Source: a virus
Taxonomy: Duplodnaviria > Caudoviricetes
Reading direction: 5' to 3' (one strand)
Length of the DNA: 25,376 bases
Virus record (IMG/VR): IMGVR_UViG_3300005805_000443
Span: 1-25,376 of that record
Every line of letters starts with the position of its first letter. Position 1 is the first letter of the stretch. The notes under the pieces are model-generated. The model searched no databases. It saw nothing but the letters and a program-made list of their open reading frames with translations, and was not told the DNA's origin. A program made the position numbers and the translations under genes. Shown here in pieces: positions 14,422 through 24,186 of this stretch.

Positions 14422-17400
14422 TGCTAGGCAGCGGCAACATAAGAGATCATATAGCAGAATCAAATTCTTTAGATATAAAGCCTAGAGTATTTGCAGAATG
14501 GAATGCTAATGCTATATCTATCCCATATATTTATGGAACTGCTTCCAACCCTACATTTAATGAAATAACTTCAATATCATCATCTGCATCTACTCCAGCA
14601 GCACAACAAGTAAATCGCGGGGTGGCCACAGCAATAAATTCTGGAACGAATTGTAATTTACTATTGTCTGCATCTGATGAACAATTAATATCAATAAGTA
14701 ATGTAAGTATTCAATCTGGAGTAGTTACATTAAAAACTAAAAATAGATTAAAGTATTCTATAGGAATTGGAAAAGAAATTTATGTAGAAAGCGGTATCGA
14801 TGATATTAATGGAAAATTTACAACTATCGCTGGTACAGATAATAGCAAAATTGTTTATAATACTAATGATCCTTCTATAACAAACATAAGCAATAAACCA
14901 GTAAGAAGGGCTACAGTAACATTAGATGAAAGTTCTTATTATGTAGAGTATTCTGCAAATGCTGCAGAGGCTGTCAGATTCTCCCTGATGCTTAAATCTG
15001 ATTACTATTATCAAGTATCTCAAAACCCAAATACCCAATATGCGGAAAATTTTGATGTTATTTTTACTCTAGTTGGATTAAAAAATAATCAAAAAGTTCT
15101 TAGTCAAGTAGTAACTAAAAAAATAAATGTTAATGCAATAGATTGGCAAACAATATTACTAGATTTTGCAAACCCAGATGAAGCAAAATCTTCATCAAAT
15201 ATTGATAAGGTTAGATTGACTATTGAAATATCTACTAATCCAAGGGAGAGCGCAGCACTTTTAATTAATCAACTTTATGCATTCAAAATTTCTCCCTATG
15301 AGGTCTATTGTCAAGATATCATGCCAATAAAAAATATTTTTTCACCAGATAGGCCAGGGGAGTTCTTATTGGAAACAGGTCCAATAAATGTTAATTTATC
15401 TGCCACCGAGACATTTCCTCAACAGCCTACAAATGTGCATATGGCGATGAGATGGGCTATTACAAGAAGATTCTCTAGAATACAAAGAAGCGTTATGCCG
15501 TATGCTGGAAATTCAAATAGTTACTATGTTTCTGGATCATCAGCAAATAGTAAAAAATTTTGGTGCATTTATAAAGAAAACTTTAAAACAAATAACGTGG
15601 TAATTAAAGTAAATTCTATTATTAATAAACCATCACAGTTTTCAATAAAGGCTCTCATAGGAAATCAATGGACAGAAATTGCAAATCAAAATAATTCATC
15701 ATTTAATTCTAGCGGAATATTAAGAATATTTTACAATGGAACATCATGGTCAAATACTGAGTGGGCATATAATTCTTATCCTGAAATATCTCAAACAACT
15801 GGTGACATAGACAAATATGTGACAATAAAGGGTATATATTTAGAAGTTACTCAATTAGAATATTCATCTGGAAACGATGAAATACGAGGCGGCGAGGCGG
15901 CTTTCGATCTAAAATATTTAGATATTATAGAAATATCTCCAAGAATGTCTTTGGACCTATCTGACTATCTGATAGATTTTTCTATTAATAAAGAAATGGC
16001 TGCAAATGATCTACCCCTCCCGCTTGGCAGCATGTCTTCAAATACGGCTTCTATAAATTTTAGTAAGATACCAATTATTATAAATAATTCAGATTTAGAA
16101 TCGAATGAAAATAATGATATTATTCCAATAAGCAATTTCGCCTCTACATTTATTTCTGGAGTAGAATATCCAAGATCTCCACTAAAGGGAATGTTGATAC
16201 GCGGAGTTAAACTTAGAGGCTTCTTTGACATTGATACCTCTTTATCTGGATCTGGTCCATCGAATAGTAAAATTACTGTACCCGCCTTTGTGATGTATTC
16301 TGATAATTGGTCAGAATTTGGATCAAATATTAAAGTAGACTGCTATGATATAATTAAAAAACTTCAATCCGTACTTTGCAAACCTTTATATTTAGAGGGG
16401 AAAACTGTACAAGAAGTAATTTATAGTATTTTAGATTCTGTTGGATTTTCTGAATATATTTCAAACGAACTACTTGATTTAAGAATGTTGAAAACATTTA
16501 GTAATGCAAATTCATCAAATGAATTAATAAATAATTTAGAGTCTATAAATTATTACTGGAGCAGTAAAGAAAATAGTGTAGCAGATACACTTAATGATAT
16601 ATTTAAAGTTTATCAAATATCTATGTTTGCAGATGAAAATGGTTCTGTAAGATTTACTTCTTTATATGAAATAAATCGTAAACTAAATAATATATCTAAT
16701 GAATATGTAGTAAATTTACAAGACTTTAATGATTCTAATTCTACAAGCAATATATCTTCATTTTCTATAGAAGAAAATTCAAGGCCGTCTAAATTAAAAC
16801 TACAATATAAAAAACCATATCCATATTATACAGAGCCAAAAATAGGTAAGAAAGTAAAAAGAAAAATAATAAATGAGTCTGCTGGATTAATTAAAAGTAC
16901 TGATAAGATAGTCTGGGAGCCAGAGAAAGAAGCATTAGTGCTCCCATATTTTGAATTATCTTCACCAGGAATCACATCAAATACTCAAAAATTTATTAAA
17001 TATAATCCAGATAATATGAAGTATATAAATAAAGTTATAGACTTTAATGGATATTTATTAATAGACAAAGAAATAATAAAATACAATGGACTAGAATATA
17101 TTTTTACTCCAGTAAATATATCAAACAACCAAGTAACGAGTGCTGGAAATTCATTTACAATTACTATAAAAAATCGTGAAGATATAACATCAATTATTTC
17201 AGATGCAATAGATAAATTTGGAGCAAAAACAATATACTACCAGCCGACTGGATATATAATGAATGTTGAAAGAGGACAGTTTGGCACTGTTCCAGATAAA
17301 CATATTGTAGTAAATCCTAATTCTCCAAAAGACTGGACTGCACAGGAATTTGATTCTAAGTATCAAAATGTAAGCAATTTAGAAGAGTCAGACGGTAAAT

Positions 17401-18329
17401 ATTCATTATCAAATGGTAGAATGAGTATTACCTCAAATAAATCAAACGGTGGAATTATTTTAATACCTAAAATAAATAACACAGTAGGAAATAAAAGAAA
17501 AATGTTTGTAAGGTATGGATTAGGTAATATACCATCTCAAAAAAGTGGCTATCTTGGAGTAGCAATAGGTGTTAATATTCAATCTGGTCAAATTAAAGAT
17601 GGAATATTTATATACACAGGAATAGAGTCAAAAAATAAAAAAACTGAAGTAAGATTATTTATTCAAGAAATTATTGATAATAAAGTTAATAATATCATTC
17701 CAAAAGGTAAACTAGAATTAGATGAAACTCTATTCGAAGAAAATGAACAGATAGAGTTATATATTAACTTTAACGCTGCAAGAAATTCTATGAAAGTATA
17801 TGTTGGACCAACGAGTGTTTTTCAAAAAATTAAAAAGGAAAAAGATAAAGATGGAGAAAAAGTAGAAAAATTAATAGATATAGATCATGATATAAAATTA
17901 AAAATAAATAAAAATTCTAAGTTCGGTTTTGCTGCACTAGAATCAGGACGTGGGTGGTTAGATGATTATGCATTTACCTCAAAAGCCGACCCAAGAAATC
18001 TTAATAGTAGTAGGATAGATGATATAAATAATGATTATGGATATGACGAAAAACTTGGCAATCTATTCTACATAGGAAGTAACTCCCTGCTTGATCAAAT
18101 TGTTTATAATCGTAATATAGAATTTTCATTAACAAATCCATTAAATAAAGATAATTTTGTTTGGACTGGTGCGCCAGTTGCTAGAGGAATAAAATTACTT
18201 GATATAGAGTTTAATGATTTTCCGATTTCTGGAAATGCAAGGGCGGTATTTCTTGGTTATACATATGAGTCAAGTGCAGTAAAAACAAGCAATATGCTAA
18301 GAAATTCTGATACAACAGAGGAATCATAG
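14421..18329 (+). CDS. Large minor tail protein / baseplate hub (Tal-like), N-terminal portion, 1302 aa
   Basis: Second gene after TMP with TAATG coupling; hub-like motifs LPLGSMSSNTASINF, IKVDCYDIIKKLQ, TVQEVIYSILDSVGF, SMFADENGSVRF, NVERGQFGT. Confidence 0.75.
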   Translation: MLGSGNIRDHIAESNSLDIKPRVFAEWNANAISIPYIYGTASNPTFNEITSISSSASTPAAQQVNRGVATAINSGTNCNLLLSASDEQLISISNVSIQSGVVTLKTKNRLKYSIGIGKEIYVESGIDDINGKFTTIAGTDNSKIVYNTNDPSITNISNKPVRRATVTLDESSYYVEYSANAAEAVRFSLMLKSDYYYQVSQNPNTQYAENFDVIFTLVGLKNNQKVLSQVVTKKINVNAIDWQTILLDFANPDEAKSSSNIDKVRLTIEISTNPRESAALLINQLYAFKISPYEVYCQDIMPIKNIFSPDRPGEFLLETGPINVNLSATETFPQQPTNVHMAMRWAITRRFSRIQRSVMPYAGNSNSYYVSGSSANSKKFWCIYKENFKTNNVVIKVNSIINKPSQFSIKALIGNQWTEIANQNNSSFNSSGILRIFYNGTSWSNTEWAYNSYPEISQTTGDIDKYVTIKGIYLEVTQLEYSSGNDEIRGGEAAFDLKYLDIIEISPRMSLDLSDYLIDFSINKEMAANDLPLPLGSMSSNTASINFSKIPIIINNSDLESNENNDIIPISNFASTFISGVEYPRSPLKGMLIRGVKLRGFFDIDTSLSGSGPSNSKITVPAFVMYSDNWSEFGSNIKVDCYDIIKKLQSVLCKPLYLEGKTVQEVIYSILDSVGFSEYISNELLDLRMLKTFSNANSSNELINNLESINYYWSSKENSVADTLNDIFKVYQISMFADENGSVRFTSLYEINRKLNNISNEYVVNLQDFNDSNSTSNISSFSIEENSRPSKLKLQYKKPYPYYTEPKIGKKVKRKIINESAGLIKSTDKIVWEPEKEALVLPYFELSSPGITSNTQKFIKYNPDNMKYINKVIDFNGYLLIDKEIIKYNGLEYIFTPVNISNNQVTSAGNSFTITIKNREDITSIISDAIDKFGAKTIYYQPTGYIMNVERGQFGTVPDKHIVVNPNSPKDWTAQEFDSKYQNVSNLEESDGKYSLSNGRMSITSNKSNGGIILIPKINNTVGNKRKMFVRYGLGNIPSQKSGYLGVAIGVNIQSGQIKDGIFIYTGIESKNKKTEVRLFIQEIIDNKVNNIIPKGKLELDETLFEENEQIELYINFNAARNSMKVYVGPTSVFQKIKKEKDKDGEKVEKLIDIDHDIKLKINKNSKFGFAALESGRGWLDDYAFTSKADPRNLNSSRIDDINNDYGYDEKLGNLFYIGSNSLLDQIVYNRNIEFSLTNPLNKDNFVWTGAPVARGIKLLDIEFNDFPISGNARAVFLGYTYESSAVKTSNMLRNSDTTEES

Positions 18330-18910
18330 TGGCTAAAAATAAAAATAAAAGTTACGAAAAAATATTAACAATTGCAGAAGTAATAGAGGTCCCAGATGAT
18401 GCTATATCTAAAAGTATAGTGGCTGGAACTCCACAAAATGCTCGCGTTGCCGTTATGAATGCTAGTAATCAAACAATTTATTTAAGTGCTGGATCATCTA
18501 ATAATATTTCTGACGGAGGTCTTATAATTAAGGGTCCAACAGTCATAGAAGGAGAAACCTATGAGGTATCTAAAGAATTAGATACTGGCTCGTTCGACTC
18601 TGACCTAGAAATTCAATCAGTATGGGTGCAGAATGAAGACATTGCAAACTATTGTTTGTATATAATTAGTTCTTATTATGATATGTATTATAAAAATTTA
18701 TCAATAAAAATAGCATCTAATCCATTAGTTCAGGTTGGAGATATTGCAAAAGTTCAAATAAATACATATAAGATAGATTTTCCAGATGATCAATACTGGT
18801 TAGTAACATCAGTAAAGCATAAATTTGATAAAGGTTTAAGTACTGATTTAATACTTAAACCAATAAAAAAGATATTTGATATAAAAGAAGTAATTAATCC
18901 ATTAATGTAG
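18329..18910 (+). CDS. Minor tail protein resembling the C-terminal domain of hub/Tal proteins, 193 aa
   Basis: GTG start overlapping upstream TAG, SD GAGG 18317-18320; motif IQSVWVQNEDIA...SNPLVQVGDIAKV...WLVTSVKHKFDKGLSTDLIL. Confidence 0.7.
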   Translation: MAKNKNKSYEKILTIAEVIEVPDDAISKSIVAGTPQNARVAVMNASNQTIYLSAGSSNNISDGGLIIKGPTVIEGETYEVSKELDTGSFDSDLEIQSVWVQNEDIANYCLYIISSYYDMYYKNLSIKIASNPLVQVGDIAKVQINTYKIDFPDDQYWLVTSVKHKFDKGLSTDLILKPIKKIFDIKEVINPLM

Positions 18911-18923
18911 TATTTTAACTTAA

Positions 18924-18932
18924 TGGTAGAAT
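18924..18932 (+). promoter_or_regulatory. Extended -10 promoter candidate
   Basis: TGGTAGAAT in a 36-nt intergenic gap, 14 nt before ATG 18947. Confidence 0.55.
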
Positions 18933-18946
18933 AGTATTGGTGACAT

Positions 18947-19348
18947 ATGAGCGATTTTACGAGAAAAAACCCAGTAGATTTGGAAGTGCTGAGAAAGCAA
19001 ATTCTTGCAGAAGCACGACAATATACAGATGCTTCAATAGAAGAAGCCATTGAATCTTTACTAGATAAAGATGAGATTACTAATGATTCAGGTGAAATTG
19101 AATTAGAAGTTGGAGTAGAGGATTTAGTATCTCCTCCTGATAGTCCAAAGAATCCTGGAGCCATAGAATCTGTAAAATTTTTAAATGACTTAAATGAATT
19201 TGACTACGATGAAAGTTTTTCATATGGAACCTTATACATATCTTCTGATGGTGAGTATGTAGTGGATGTTACTGCAAAAGCAATTAGTACTAATAGAGAA
19301 ATTTCTAGTATTGAAGTTCAGATAACGAGGATTGATAATGCAGGGTAA
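18947..19348 (+). CDS. Acidic hypothetical (probable minor tail/baseplate) protein, 133 aa
   Basis: GGTGA SD-like; N-terminal helix, acidic linker, C-terminal beta strands; lies within the tail cluster. Confidence 0.55.
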   Translation: MSDFTRKNPVDLEVLRKQILAEARQYTDASIEEAIESLLDKDEITNDSGEIELEVGVEDLVSPPDSPKNPGAIESVKFLNDLNEFDYDESFSYGTLYISSDGEYVVDVTAKAISTNREISSIEVQITRIDNAG

Positions 19349-20255
19349 ATATTTTATTTATATTAACAAAAAATTAGTTCATAAATGTAAGAATATTATT
19401 ACTGATGATGGTATGCATATCATTAGGACGTATATGGCAGGAGGAGTTCCTGACTGGGCTGGTGCCTTATCAATAGGAGCAAGTAACTCTACAACACCAG
19501 CCGTAACGGATAGATCTCTGGAGTTTGAATCAATTAGGGTTCCTGTACTTTTGAAGAGTGTAGAAAATAATGAATTAATAATTAGTGGTACTTTACCAGC
19601 AGCCTTCAATGGAAAAATTTATGAAATTGGACTATATTCATCTGTAGTAAATATTTCTTCAGAAGGATTTGATGATAGACTTCTAGTAAATTTTGATGAA
19701 ACCTGGACAGATTCAAATAGTAGTGCATTATCATCTTCTTTATTTTCTTCTACATCTAGAGTTGGATCAAAGAGTCTAGATATTTCTAACGTATCTGTAT
19801 ATGCTCAGGCTAATTCTACAGTTGATTTATCTGGATATTCTAGTTTAGATACACTATCTATACTTTATAATGTTACTGCTACTGGTTCTAGCAGAGTATT
19901 TACACTTACTTTTGAGGATGATCAATTACCAAGCCCTGGATCTAAGAGCATTAGCATTACCTTACCGACAGCCACGACTGGATATAAAATTTTTACAACA
20001 GAATTAGGCAATTTTACTAATAATAATTTTAATAATACAATATCAAAAATTATTATTTCAGCATCATCTAGCCCATCTGCTGGAGAAGTAGAAATAGATT
20101 CTATTAGAATTAATGATGCAGACGAAATAGATCCCCTCTTTGCTTTAGTTAGTAGATCATTAATTGGCGTAGTGTCGGGTAACTCTTTGTCAGATTATAT
20201 AATAAAAAATCCTGGTATAGAGGTTGACATAGAATATAGGGTAAGAATTGTATGA
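19338..20255 (+). CDS. Minor tail protein, tail-collar / fibre-anchoring type with inserted beta-sandwich, about 305 aa
   Basis: ATG 19338 preferred over TTG 19332 because SD GAGG (19327-19330) is 7 nt upstream. NIITDDG...SIGAS...LEFESIR...GTLP...IYEIGLY resembles tail-collar fibre N-terminal domains (DUF3751-like, by eye). Confidence 0.6.
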   Translation: MQGKYFIYINKKLVHKCKNIITDDGMHIIRTYMAGGVPDWAGALSIGASNSTTPAVTDRSLEFESIRVPVLLKSVENNELIISGTLPAAFNGKIYEIGLYSSVVNISSEGFDDRLLVNFDETWTDSNSSALSSSLFSSTSRVGSKSLDISNVSVYAQANSTVDLSGYSSLDTLSILYNVTATGSSRVFTLTFEDDQLPSPGSKSISITLPTATTGYKIFTTELGNFTNNNFNNTISKIIISASSSPSAGEVEIDSIRINDADEIDPLFALVSRSLIGVVSGNSLSDYIIKNPGIEVDIEYRVRIV

Positions 20256-21550
20256 CCACAGAAAAAATTTTTAATATAGATGGACTACAGCCTAATTCTG
20301 AACACTCTTTAAGAGTAAGGGCGCTATATAGAGATGGATCTTATAGTGAGTGGTCTAAATTATTTAAATTAAAAGTTAAGGGAGATACAGATCCTCCATC
20401 TCAGCCGTCCGCTCCAACCATATTTGTTCCAGATCTTTCAACATCATCCTCTAGAAGTGCATCAGCAATGGGACCTCAAACTGTTAGATTTAGACATGAT
20501 GCAACAAAAAACGGTGGAGGAAATTTAGAGTCAGATATAGATTACTTTGAAGTATATGTAAACACCACTAATTCTAACTCTGGTGGAACACAGATAGGTA
20601 CTGTTAAGGCTACTAGACCTGGGCTGGGGGCATATTCGGAAGGTAATCTTTCAGTAAATGCTCCAGGAGAAACAGCAAGTAGATGGTTTTATGTTATAGC
20701 CGTAGATATGAGTGGGCAAAGATCTTCCGCTTCACCGACTACACAGGCATCTGCCATCCCAATGTTTGCTAATGCATATATTTCTGATTTGAGTGCAGAT
20801 AAGATAACAACAGGAACTTTACAGGCAAATCAACAAATTAGTGTAGGAACATTAGTTCCAATAGTTATTAAATCTAATGATGAGTCGCCACGCGGACAGA
20901 TATATGTTGGAACAAGAGTTAACCCAACTGGTGAAGAAGGAAGTGGATATAAAGATATTCAAACAGCATTCTACGTTGACTCTACTGGTAAATTTTCATT
21001 AAAGGATAAATTTTATTGGGATAGTTCGTCATTAACAATTAAGGGTACAGTAACCAGTACTGGACTTATTGCCGAGGGCGGATCTGCAACTGTAGAAGTT
21101 CTTCCAGATTGGCCAAGTACTGCTCCATTAAACTATTCTTTGCTATCAAATGATGGCAAAGACATTATATTAAAAGCAGTAACTGGAGGAGATCCTGCAA
21201 AAATAAGATGGGTAGATGGAAATAAATATCAAAGGGCTACAATTGGATGGGAGCCAACCTCACAAAATTTCCCCAACCACCTTGTAATTAGATCTCTAGG
21301 TGCATCTGGTGGTAATAATGGATTAATGACTATCGATGCTGGCGCTTCTGGTTCCATAAACTTGAAAGCGAATGTTGTAACTATTAATGGAGAAGAAATA
21401 TCTGGAGGATCAGTTGGATCTATAACTAATAGGTACAAAAATGGAATGGTAGCAAGTCCATCGGTAGCAAACCGAATAACATTCGGTACAGATACAGCAG
21501 GAAATACAAATAGTAACCCGCAGCGCGGGGACATTCACTTGAGATATTAA
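20252..21550 (+). CDS. Tail fibre / host-specificity protein with FN3 domains, 432 aa
   Basis: GLQPNSEHSLRVRA...SEWS, DTDPPSQP and FYVIAVDMSGQRSSAS FN3 signatures; AYISDLSADKITTGTL fibre-shaft motif; C-terminal PQRGDIHLRY. Confidence 0.75.
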   Translation: MTTEKIFNIDGLQPNSEHSLRVRALYRDGSYSEWSKLFKLKVKGDTDPPSQPSAPTIFVPDLSTSSSRSASAMGPQTVRFRHDATKNGGGNLESDIDYFEVYVNTTNSNSGGTQIGTVKATRPGLGAYSEGNLSVNAPGETASRWFYVIAVDMSGQRSSASPTTQASAIPMFANAYISDLSADKITTGTLQANQQISVGTLVPIVIKSNDESPRGQIYVGTRVNPTGEEGSGYKDIQTAFYVDSTGKFSLKDKFYWDSSSLTIKGTVTSTGLIAEGGSATVEVLPDWPSTAPLNYSLLSNDGKDIILKAVTGGDPAKIRWVDGNKYQRATIGWEPTSQNFPNHLVIRSLGASGGNNGLMTIDAGASGSINLKANVVTINGEEISGGSVGSITNRYKNGMVASPSVANRITFGTDTAGNTNSNPQRGDIHLRY

Positions 21551-21561
21551 TTAACATTTAG

Positions 21562-21567
21562 TAGAAT
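21562..21567 (+). promoter_or_regulatory. -10 element candidate before the adhesin gene (near-leaderless)
   Basis: TAGAAT ends 9 nt before ATG 21577; no SD sequence in the gap. Confidence 0.4.
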
Positions 21568-21576
21568 GATAAAACT

Positions 21577-23772
21577 ATGCCACTAAGATTTTATGATAAT
21601 AACGACTGGAGAAGTCCTACTTCTATTAAAATATATGATAATGGCGATTGGCAAGAAGCAACGGTAGGATATGTATATGACTTGGGAGTGTGGAAAGTAG
21701 TTTTCCCAGATCCAATTACGCCTTCAGTACAGTCTGTTTTTGCAGGAGCGTATGGAGATAGATTTGAAGTGGACTGGGAAATTAGGGCTACAAATTGTGA
21801 TTATTTAGAAGCCTATCTTTATGCTGGTAGTACACAGACCAATCTTCTTCAAACTCAGATAATAAATACTAATGAAAGCATAATTCAAGATCTTAGAGTA
21901 ACATTCTCTGGACTAGACAATAATACTACATATAATATGAAAATTATAGGGTATTCAATAACTGAAACTCCTAGTACGCCAATATTTTCTGGACCAGTAA
22001 CTACTATAAATGTTATAATACCCACGGTAAATATAACATCTATGATTCCTAATGCTAATTTATCATCAGTACAAATAAACTGGAACTCTACAGATCAGTA
22101 CGACTATGAAATATCTATTTGGTCAGTATCAGATAGCGTAAGAAGATTTGGACCCGTATTTGCACCTTCTATTCCATCTAGTGATCAAACATATACTGCA
22201 AGTTTTCAGCATCAACCAAATACACAGTACCGTGTAGACCTTAGAGTATATTCTACCTCTATAGATACAGCCACAGATAGTGATTTTTATACTACTCCCA
22301 ATAATCCAATACCTTACTATACCAATTTTGTGGTAGGAACTATAACGTGTAATTCTATACAGGTTAATTGGAATGCCTTTAATTATACTTCTGGAACAAT
22401 AGAGGTTTGGAATGTTGGTCCATCTCCAGAAAGAGTGCCTGCAAAAACAACGCTGGTTCAGTCACATTCATTTACTAGTTTATCTTCATATACTTTTAGT
22501 GGTCTTAGTTCTTCTACAGAATATGGATTTACTCTTACTCTTACTGGGCCAGGAGGATCAATTACTTCAGATACGGTTGGCTCATTTGGATCTATCATTC
22601 CAGCATTAACAGCATATACCCTGGCACCATCTATAAGCGCTCCAACTATTACTCAAGTAAATTCAAGTTATATTGGAACATCTGTAGCGGTTGGATGGAC
22701 TTCATCCACAGCAAACTGCACAACAGTATCAAGTTATACTCTTCAGTTTAAGGAGACTTCATCTTCAACATGGCTAGATGGAGGAACAACACAATTTATA
22801 ACTAGGTCTGTATCTGGTCTTTCTCCTAATACTACTTATGATTATAGAGTTAAAGCAAATGCTGCCAATGGAATAGAGTCTGCATGGTCTAGTACTTTTA
22901 CAGCAACAACTAACAACGGAATTGCAAGTATAGAAGTTACCGCAAATCCATCTACTATCACCACATTTGGATCTTCAACTATTACAGGACAGTTAAAAAA
23001 TGCTGCTGGTGCAAACTTAACCACTTCTGGAGTAGCAATATCATGGACACAGACTGCCCTAAGTGGATCAACCCTCTCTGAATCTTCTTCTAATACAAAT
23101 AGTTCTGGTCAGGCAAGTGCTACATTATCTACTGGATCTACTAACGGTTCAGTTACAGTTACCGCTACAGCCTCTTCAATTTCTGGAAGTCCATCTGGTA
23201 GTGTGACAGTAACAGTTAATTTGTCTGCTGGGTTAAAGCCTACTTTAAGTCCTAGCGGAACTACAAAAGGTGCGTCATTTACTAATAGTAATTATAATGC
23301 TCTTTATTCATATACTAATGTTTCAGGATATCCATCTGTTGGATCTCTAGAATCAGGTGACTCGTATAACAGTTCCCAGTTCGATATTCTTGTCACAAGA
23401 ACTAGAAGTGCAAGGAATACAATTTCTAAGAGTGGGCAGACGGCAACAACAACAAATCCTACGTTTGATGCTAATCCACTAGTGTCTATGTCAATTGTAT
23501 CTTCTAGGACAGGCTATACATCTGTTGCAAGTGATATATCTACTATAACTGCTGGAGTTACTATATCTTCCCGCACCTATCAATGGCAGCAATTCACAAA
23601 CTCAACCTGGAACACGAACTTTGGAGCAGCATTTTCAGGTATGCAAACTGCTACTTTATCCTGGAGTAATACAACATTTAGTTCAAGACAAATTAGATGT
23701 ATAGTTACTACAAATTTTAGTAGTGGTCAGGTAGATGAATCAACATCTACAAATACTGTAACAATCCCATAA
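21577..23772 (+). CDS. Ser/Thr-rich adhesin-like virion protein: Trp-repeat N-terminus, about 4 FN3, Big-1 and C-terminal Ig-like domains, 731 aa
   Basis: FN3 motifs SGLDNNTTY, QPNTQYRV, SGLSSSTEY, SGLSPNTTYDYRVKA; Big-1 motif IEVTANPSTI...NTNSSGQASATL...VTVTATA (22921-23220); TYQWQ...IRCIVT at the C-terminus. Confidence 0.8.
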   Translation: MPLRFYDNNDWRSPTSIKIYDNGDWQEATVGYVYDLGVWKVVFPDPITPSVQSVFAGAYGDRFEVDWEIRATNCDYLEAYLYAGSTQTNLLQTQIINTNESIIQDLRVTFSGLDNNTTYNMKIIGYSITETPSTPIFSGPVTTINVIIPTVNITSMIPNANLSSVQINWNSTDQYDYEISIWSVSDSVRRFGPVFAPSIPSSDQTYTASFQHQPNTQYRVDLRVYSTSIDTATDSDFYTTPNNPIPYYTNFVVGTITCNSIQVNWNAFNYTSGTIEVWNVGPSPERVPAKTTLVQSHSFTSLSSYTFSGLSSSTEYGFTLTLTGPGGSITSDTVGSFGSIIPALTAYTLAPSISAPTITQVNSSYIGTSVAVGWTSSTANCTTVSSYTLQFKETSSSTWLDGGTTQFITRSVSGLSPNTTYDYRVKANAANGIESAWSSTFTATTNNGIASIEVTANPSTITTFGSSTITGQLKNAAGANLTTSGVAISWTQTALSGSTLSESSSNTNSSGQASATLSTGSTNGSVTVTATASSISGSPSGSVTVTVNLSAGLKPTLSPSGTTKGASFTNSNYNALYSYTNVSGYPSVGSLESGDSYNSSQFDILVTRTRSARNTISKSGQTATTTNPTFDANPLVSMSIVSSRTGYTSVASDISTITAGVTISSRTYQWQQFTNSTWNTNFGAAFSGMQTATLSWSNTTFSSRQIRCIVTTNFSSGQVDESTSTNTVTIP

Positions 23773-23773
23773 A

Positions 23774-23782
23774 TGATATAAT
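23774..23782 (+). promoter_or_regulatory. Extended -10 promoter
   Basis: TGATATAAT, identical to 2231-2239, followed by SD AAGGAGGTG (23792-23800). Confidence 0.7.
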
Positions 23783-23805
23783 TTATAGATGAAGGAGGTG
23801 AAAAA

Positions 23806-24024
23806 ATGGAAGAGTATGTTTCTTTAGAAGAAAAAATACATATGATTAATAATTTTATTAAAAATTTATCATATAATAGGTATAACCTAGAAATATCTTT
23901 ATTGGCAGAAAATGCCATAGATAATCCAAGTCAAAGCAATATCAATTCTTTTAATCTTCAGATTGAAGAAATTGATGATAAAATACTAGCATTAAAGAAT
24001 GAGTTGACGGAATTAGGAGAATAA
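23806..24024 (+). CDS. Small helical-hairpin / coiled-coil hypothetical protein, 72 aa
   Basis: Strong SD and heptad pattern (IEEIDDKILALKNELTEL). Confidence 0.75.
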   Translation: MEEYVSLEEKIHMINNFIKNLSYNRYNLEISLLAENAIDNPSQSNINSFNLQIEEIDDKILALKNELTELGE

Positions 24025-24186
24025 ATGTCAGGCACACTAGAATTGGTAATTCAAGAACTTCAGAATAGAATTGGTCAGATTACATCAAATTATGAACTTC
24101 AGATGGCTATGCTGAAGGCGCAAGCGATGGAAGAAATATCATCTAGAGATGAAAAAATTCAAGAGTTAATGAAAGAATCTCAGTAA
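24025..24186 (+). CDS. Small coiled-coil hypothetical protein, 53 aa (missing from ORF track)
   Basis: MSGTLELVIQELQNRIGQITSNYELQMAMLKAQAMEEISSRDEKIQELMKESQ*; SD AGGAGA 24015-24020; fills the gap exactly, with TAATG coupling to the next gene. Confidence 0.8.
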   Translation: MSGTLELVIQELQNRIGQITSNYELQMAMLKAQAMEEISSRDEKIQELMKESQ

